Assembly (NCBI GenBank): GCA_038134595.1
Contig: JAYPVM010000004.1
Coordinates: 5,573-69,572, forward strand
From: Pseudomonadota bacterium
GTDB taxonomy: Bacteria; Bdellovibrionota_C; UBA2361; OMII01
DNA: 64,000 nt
Direction of reading: 5' to 3'
Notes under the pieces: generated by a model
Databases searched by the model: none
Seen by the model: only the letters and a program-made list of their open reading frames with translations
Told to the model about the DNA's origin: nothing
In this document: positions 58,614-64,000 of the stretch, one piece after another
Numbering within the stretch: position 1 is the first letter of the stretch
How the letters are laid out: every line of letters begins with the position of its first letter
Program-made: the position numbers and the translations under genes

Positions 58614-58882
58614 GGCGTATCCTTGCGATCAGTGTCATACCAGAACGACCGCTTGTTTTGGTAGGTTAGATGCTGTTTTGACGAGTTCTGAGCATCTCCC
58701 GAAGTCATGTGTGGGTCAAGGTCTGAGGCGGGTTTTTACTGCAAAAATCAACACTTAACCCCTTCTACAGGTGGAGTTTCTTGGTATGTCAGCAGATGTT
58801 TTACAAATTAAATTATTCAAAAATATTGAAGCAGACAACGCCTTTAATAAGATGGGTGGGGAGAGGGAAGAGCCGGCTTGAT

Positions 58883-59392
58883 ATGAATAAAGACAAACGT
58901 TTCAGCGCCAAGGGTGTAAAGATACTATTGACGATGGTTCTTGGTGCCTTATCGTTCTTAGACGTAACACATGCGCAAGAACGGGAAACTCAGGATCTTG
59001 GGGAGGTTTTGGCCCTCTCTGAGTGTCGGCTCTATGCTCCCAGAATTGACGATGTTATCTGCACTGTAGCTGTAGTTCCACTTGAAATTAGAGCTGTAGT
59101 TGTTTCGAGGCGACCTGTATCGCAACTTCGAAGAAATGGTAAGCGGATTCGGCGGCGAATTAGACGACGTGTTTTCTCAGATGCTGATGGTCATCTAACA
59201 TCCCTTCGCAGAAACCTCCCGGCAGGCTCATACCGCATACGCCTTGTTTCGGTTCGGACAGCTCAAGTAAGCTTTTCAATACAAAACCTCATCGTTGCAC
59301 CACGGATTCTTAAAGTCGGGAAAGCTGAGCCGCAATTTTTAGCCATACAGCATAAGGACTGGGATGAAGCGCCGATAGTCGTTGATTACTAG
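58883..59392 (+). CDS. Secreted basic hypothetical protein
   Basis: Signal peptide ending THA; Arg-rich. Confidence 0.6.
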   Translation: MNKDKRFSAKGVKILLTMVLGALSFLDVTHAQERETQDLGEVLALSECRLYAPRIDDVICTVAVVPLEIRAVVVSRRPVSQLRRNGKRIRRRIRRRVFSDADGHLTSLRRNLPAGSYRIRLVSVRTAQVSFSIQNLIVAPRILKVGKAEPQFLAIQHKDWDEAPIVVDY

Positions 59393-59528
59393 GTTTTCTA
59401 AGTTTTTCACAAACGTATACTTTTGATTCCACAAAATCATTCAAACCACTTCTAGGTTGGACGCAACTGTTTTGAGTGCTATTCTCTCGGTTGTCTAAAA
59501 GAGTTTTCCAAGTATTCCGAGAGTTTTC

Positions 59529-60374
59529 ATGCCTTCTACCGTCCAAGATATAGTTTGTTATTTGTTGCCATTTATTGCAAAAGCTGGAGATTATAGTCTT
59601 CGTATTCAGCGTAATGTCGGCACGCACGATGCAAAGGATGGAGCGACAGCGTTTCATCATGCACTCTCTGATGCAGACCTTACTATTCAGAGTTACATTG
59701 AGGTAGCGCTTCTAGCCAAATTTCCAGAGGTAAGTTTCTTCTGTGAGGAACGAGCACAGTCGCTCAATGCGAAGTATTTCGTTGCCGATGCTCGATTAGA
59801 GGTTCTTCTTGATCCGATTGACGGCACCCGCTCGTACATAGATGGAAGGGCGCAATATCAAATAATCTGTGTTGTGCACGATGAAACAGAGATCGTTGGA
59901 GCCGTGTGTTTTATGCCCCGCAGAGACATGTGTTACGTCGCCACAAAGGGGCGGGGGGCGTATCTTTTGTCTCATAACGACGTTCGTGAGGGTAGAATGG
60001 GAGTAAAGATTTCGGCTGATCGCCTCGCGATAGATGCCCCAGTTCTTATGTTCAATCGGTCTGATCTTAGAGAGCGACTCGATTCGCATGTGGATGTAAG
60101 AGATCTGGTAGATGAATATGAGAAAGGTGAGCATGAAGGTTTCACATCCACTGACCTTATTGATGGAAGAGCCGCAGGCGTTATTATGTCTCCCTGTCAA
60201 GCGATAGACGGCGGTGCCCTTGCGTTTATAGCGAAAGAGATGGGAGCGATCGTTACCGATTTTGAAGGCAAACCGGTTGGCTCATACCGAGAGTCTCCTG
60301 ATAGAGTTGCAACCGGAGTAGTAGTGGCGACTACAGAGGAGCTGCATGCGAAATTGCTCTCGGTTTTGCGGTAG
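59529..60374 (+). CDS. Inositol monophosphatase family protein
   Basis: SDADL, EE, LDPIDGT, AIVTDFEG. Confidence 0.9.
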   Translation: MPSTVQDIVCYLLPFIAKAGDYSLRIQRNVGTHDAKDGATAFHHALSDADLTIQSYIEVALLAKFPEVSFFCEERAQSLNAKYFVADARLEVLLDPIDGTRSYIDGRAQYQIICVVHDETEIVGAVCFMPRRDMCYVATKGRGAYLLSHNDVREGRMGVKISADRLAIDAPVLMFNRSDLRERLDSHVDVRDLVDEYEKGEHEGFTSTDLIDGRAAGVIMSPCQAIDGGALAFIAKEMGAIVTDFEGKPVGSYRESPDRVATGVVVATTEELHAKLLSVLR

Positions 60375-60705
60375 AGTGGGCTGAGCGGGGACTGCACCGT
60401 ACTGATCAAAGTAAAACCGTAGGACAAAGCAATATCGCAGGCGCTATGTTGTATGTGCAGCTTTGGTTTGCTCGTCTAGTCGAACTCGATGATTTGAGTC
60501 CTCTCAGTGGTAGACAGGCCAAATTACTTCCTACCCTTAAGCCGATGCTAGAACATTTTGAGAGCCAAAAAAGCGGAATCCTGTGACGTGCTGATAACGG
60601 CGAAAGATGTCAAATGGTGTGGATAGCTAGGTGTCAGTATTCCTTCACAGGCGTTTCTTGTTCTGCCTCTTTCAGTATTCTGACCGCCTGTGCTTCGCTA
60701 CTCAC

Positions 60706-62058
60706 TCACCACACACATGACCGTTGAGCTCCATCGCCGACTCTCCCAAAAAGGAGGAGCTTCCGGAGAATCCACGGAGGGCAGTCGGAAGGTAAGGACT
60801 CTCCTCTCCGAAATGTAAAGTTTTGTTGATTGCGAACAAATGTAATCTCAATGCTTCCGGTAGGATGAGCCATATCCATCTGACTTAAAAATGAACAGAT
60901 GGTGAGATATGGATAAGAGCCGGGTAAAAGAATGTTCTCATCTGACTTAGAATCCGCCCGAACGCTGAGTATGGTGGCAACGTCACTCTGAAGGCCAGTA
61001 ACATCAAGACCTTTTGGAATTACCAGGTGATTAGAATATGTAGGCTCCACCTGTAGGTTGCTGTACATAGAGAAACTGTTTCGATTCCTAATGCCGAGAT
61101 AGGGGGAAACCCCAAGAATAAGCGGAGGAAGAAGCATTAAGACAAACGGCAGGGGTAAGCGCCCTGCGATTTGAAGCTTGTGTTGGATTCTATTAGAGGA
61201 TTTGAAAACAGCCCACAGGATATATACTGCGAAGAGGGTCCAGAGCAAATATCGGATGATGGAAAAGTGTAGGGGTGAGAGCACTTGGATAGAGCAACAT
61301 ATAAGAAGCCCGTACAGCAATAATGCCCCACTCAAAAAGGCAGGATACCAATATGCCAATTTCTCGCGGTATAATCGCTTAAGGCTTGCGGTATCCAGCC
61401 AAGCACAGAGAAGAACAAAGAGGGTGCTCGAGAAATTTGCAAAATATTTGAGATAATTAGTCGCAAGTAGGCAGTGAAAAACCAGCCCAAATAGCACCCC
61501 ATACCTGCGAGTTGGAGACCACATGAGCAGCAATGCGATCGCGAGCTCTGAGATGGCAGACCATACTCCGGGTGTTGATAACGTATCGAATGGATTTTCT
61601 TGCCAGAGCGTAGATGCTAATCCGTGTAACTCGATGCTCTGTTGGAAAAATTTAGATGCACAACTAATGGTGTTATTCAAATAGGCGGTGTTTAGTTTTG
61701 CAAAGAACGCAAAACAATAAACAACAATACACAGGTAGCGAAGTGTAGTAACTGCACGTCGCTCATGAGTGAAGCTTCGCGTGGAAATTACAAGGGTTGC
61801 TCCGCTCAATAAAAGAAGCACTCGATGATTAGGAACAACAGGAAAGCACCATGCGATATAGATTGCAAACGTCACTACAGCGCCGTGGAGAGCTCTACGA
61901 GATGATGGAAAGAAGAGTAGTATAAAGGCGCTTAGAACGCTTGCAATGTGCAGTAGGCCAAGCCACACATCACTAGTAACCAGGATGTTGTGATTTAGAG
62001 ACCACAAAAGCGCAATCGTCCACAAAACAACAAGAGGTGCAATTCTATTGGATGTCAT
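60706..62058 (-). CDS. HTTM-like membrane protein
   Basis: PNH, FFAKLN, FH, SPYLG...FSMYSNL...SNHL. Confidence 0.6.
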   Translation of the reverse strand: MTSNRIAPLVVLWTIALLWSLNHNILVTSDVWLGLLHIASVLSAFILLFFPSSRRALHGAVVTFAIYIAWCFPVVPNHRVLLLLSGATLVISTRSFTHERRAVTTLRYLCIVVYCFAFFAKLNTAYLNNTISCASKFFQQSIELHGLASTLWQENPFDTLSTPGVWSAISELAIALLLMWSPTRRYGVLFGLVFHCLLATNYLKYFANFSSTLFVLLCAWLDTASLKRLYREKLAYWYPAFLSGALLLYGLLICCSIQVLSPLHFSIIRYLLWTLFAVYILWAVFKSSNRIQHKLQIAGRLPLPFVLMLLPPLILGVSPYLGIRNRNSFSMYSNLQVEPTYSNHLVIPKGLDVTGLQSDVATILSVRADSKSDENILLPGSYPYLTICSFLSQMDMAHPTGSIEITFVRNQQNFTFRRGESLPSDCPPWILRKLLLFGRVGDGAQRSCVW

Positions 62059-62225
62059 AGTCTTACGAAGTGATCTGAATAATACACTTTACATAGAGTA
62101 CCGTTATGCCGAGAAGGACCGCAAGTAGTGATGGTTAAGGTGTTTCGTAACGTGCACCAGACCGCAGTGAAGTTTTGACGAGGAAAATCGCCATCGAGGT
62201 CGAACGCGCACAGAGCGCTGCTGAG

Positions 62226-62855
62226 CTAATACTCCACCGGAAACGGATCGAGACTTCTCCATAGGTACCACGTAGCAACTGTTCGCCAGGGCTTCCACGC
62301 TTCTCCGATAGCTATAATCTGGGATTTCTCTGCCTCTTTTCCGTCGAGGTAGTGTTTCTCCACGGCGCGAATGAGTCCGATGTCTTGGAGTGGATAGATA
62401 TCAGCTCGTTGAAGTTGAAAGATTAGGAACATCTCAGCGGTCCACTGACCGATACCGCGGACTTCGCAAAGACGAGCAATCAGGTCATCATCTCCCATTG
62501 AGCGAAACGAGCGCGGATTTATTTGCTTTGTTTCGAAGTGCTGCGCCAAATCGAGAATATACTCTGTTTTTTGTCGTGAGAGTCCGCACGATCGGAGTTG
62601 TTGGGGTGTTTGTGTAAGTACACGAGCGACAGATACTCCGCCGACCTGTTTTTCAAATTTAGCCCACACAGACTGTGCGGCTTTGACGGATATCTGCTGA
62701 CCTACTATCGCTCGAAGCAGCGTTTCAAACGCGGTGCCCCGAGATTGCAATCGAACATCTTTGTACTGTTTGATAAGTTTATTTAGTACAGGATCCTTTC
62801 TACTAAGCGCCCTGCATGCCTGAGGCCAGTAGTGTGGAACGCTCGGTGTAGCCAT
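62226..62855 (-). CDS. alkA: DNA-3-methyladenine glycosylase II (HhH-GPD)
   Basis: AIVGQQISVKAA, RGIGQWTAEMFL, WKPWRTVATWYLW. Confidence 0.93.
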   Translation of the reverse strand: MATPSVPHYWPQACRALSRKDPVLNKLIKQYKDVRLQSRGTAFETLLRAIVGQQISVKAAQSVWAKFEKQVGGVSVARVLTQTPQQLRSCGLSRQKTEYILDLAQHFETKQINPRSFRSMGDDDLIARLCEVRGIGQWTAEMFLIFQLQRADIYPLQDIGLIRAVEKHYLDGKEAEKSQIIAIGEAWKPWRTVATWYLWRSLDPFPVEY

Positions 62856-62883
62856 ATAGAACTCTCTCTGTGTCTTCCTTTCT

Positions 62884-63891
62884 CTACGAGTTGGACCCAT
62901 TATCATCTAAAAGCTTGAAGCCGTCAGATACGTGCGTGCTGGCATCTTGTCGGAGCATCCACTCCAGAGCGGGCCAGTTGGCTAAGATGTTCTGGGTCGG
63001 AACTCCACGAATTACAAGATATTTGACGAGAGCTTCTCCATCTGTTGCTTGTGCTGTTCTGACGGCGGCGCCTTTAGAGGCTTCAATAGGAAGCCCTGTG
63101 GCTGGATCAAATATATGCGCATACAGCTTGCCATCGATAACTATCGGTGTGCCGTGGGCGCGAGAAACCGTTAGCGTCTCATCGCGAAGCATTAAGCGTC
63201 CCGCTATACTGCCAAGTGTAAGCTCTAACTTAACAGGCCAGCCACTGGTGTTTGGAGGGCTTCCCACGCAGCCCATGCTACTTCTGCCGAAATTGATAAA
63301 TGCGCGCTTAGTACCTTGTTCGCGTAGGTAGGCAAGCATCTTATCAACGGCGTATCCCTTTCCGATGCCACCTGTTTCGACTGCTACCGAAGGATACTGT
63401 TTTGCGATAGTGCCGTGCTCACCTAGTGAGACGCTATCTGATGTGAGAATCGGAAGCAGAGTTTTAATCTCGTGAGGAAGGGGCGGTCTATTCTGTTTTT
63501 GGGCACTATGCCACAGCGTAATAAGTGGACGGATCGTGATTGAGAAGGCCTCGGCGGTTTGTTTTGAGAGCTTCTTGCCGTCTTTAACAAGCTCGTAAAG
63601 TTCTGGAGAGACAGGCTGTGGAGCAGTAGTTTCTTTAGCGTTAAATACCGATACCGCGCTTTCGCTTTTCCATGTGCTTAACACATCGTCTAAATGTTCT
63701 GCGATAGCAAACGTTTCATTTAGTGTCGCACGACCCTCACGCTCGGAAGGAGCGTAGAGTGTGATGTCAAGCAGAGTTCCCATGACATACCGCACTTCCG
63801 ATACTCGGACATCGGTATGAGCATCTGACGTACCTGTAAGTAAGTGGCACGCGGAGAGAGTCAGAAGTAGTACCGCTACAACGGATCTCAT
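62884..63891 (-). CDS. apbE: FAD:protein FMN transferase
   Basis: Lipobox SAC; MGT, GGIGKGYAVD, HIFDPATG. Confidence 0.92.
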   Translation of the reverse strand: MRSVVAVLLLTLSACHLLTGTSDAHTDVRVSEVRYVMGTLLDITLYAPSEREGRATLNETFAIAEHLDDVLSTWKSESAVSVFNAKETTAPQPVSPELYELVKDGKKLSKQTAEAFSITIRPLITLWHSAQKQNRPPLPHEIKTLLPILTSDSVSLGEHGTIAKQYPSVAVETGGIGKGYAVDKMLAYLREQGTKRAFINFGRSSMGCVGSPPNTSGWPVKLELTLGSIAGRLMLRDETLTVSRAHGTPIVIDGKLYAHIFDPATGLPIEASKGAAVRTAQATDGEALVKYLVIRGVPTQNILANWPALEWMLRQDASTHVSDGFKLLDDNGSNS

Positions 63892-63894
63892 CGA

Positions 63895-63999
63895 CTACGC
63901 CCGAGGTCTTACATTCGAATCGGTATACGCGTTTCGCTGGAAGGTAAATACCCCCCAAACCGACAAGCCAATGGTGATGATCAGTGATAGTTGAAGAAG
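63895..63999 (-). CDS. C-terminus of a membrane protein entering from the right edge
   Basis: Open frame LLQLSLIITIGLSVWGVFTFQRNAYTDSNVRPRA*, ending 3 nt before the apbE start. Confidence 0.55.
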   Translation of the reverse strand, partial: LLQLSLIITIGLSVWGVFTFQRNAYTDSNVRPRA

Positions 64000-64000
64000 G

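Noticed and set aside
1..64000. tRNA, rRNA, tmRNA, prophage, integron or defence system
   Set aside because: No cloverleaf, rRNA-like tract, phage structural gene, tyrosine/serine recombinase, attC array or known defence domain was recognised by eye

Overview
Chromosomal window of a Gram-negative bacterium (lspA, many lipoproteins, OmpA, futalosine-pathway mqnC). The gene style suggests a Bdellovibrionota/'deltaproteobacterial'-type lineage, but that is inference. About 60 CDS, mostly housekeeping or metabolic (lspA, roxA, trmJ, trpS, mqnC, fabF/acp, larA-like/larB/larE, surE, rlmN-like, hsp20, desaturase, rsfS, argF, alkA, apbE), plus secreted repeat proteins. No rRNA, tRNA or CRISPR was seen. 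Main observations: (1) Two accessory segments are bounded by short diverged copies of their own neighbouring genes. A ~7.5-kb island (dead IS91-type transposase, GPx, DUF3313, DUF4331 operon, truncated rarA) lies between two versions of the roxA 3' end. A ~3-kb inverted cassette (OafA-like acyltransferase) lies between 5' fragments of the FGGY kinase and of mqnC. This looks like integrase-free, neighbour-anchored cassette exchange with relatives. (2) A candidate sigma54-driven ~220-nt structured RNA with its own terminator (46274-46495). (3) An intact 'half' DeaD-like protein with no ATPase domain. (4) A ~330-nt structured leader before a possibly CsrA-like small protein. (5) A 35-bp palindrome array upstream of the DUF4331 operon. 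All calls are by eye; no database searches were run.
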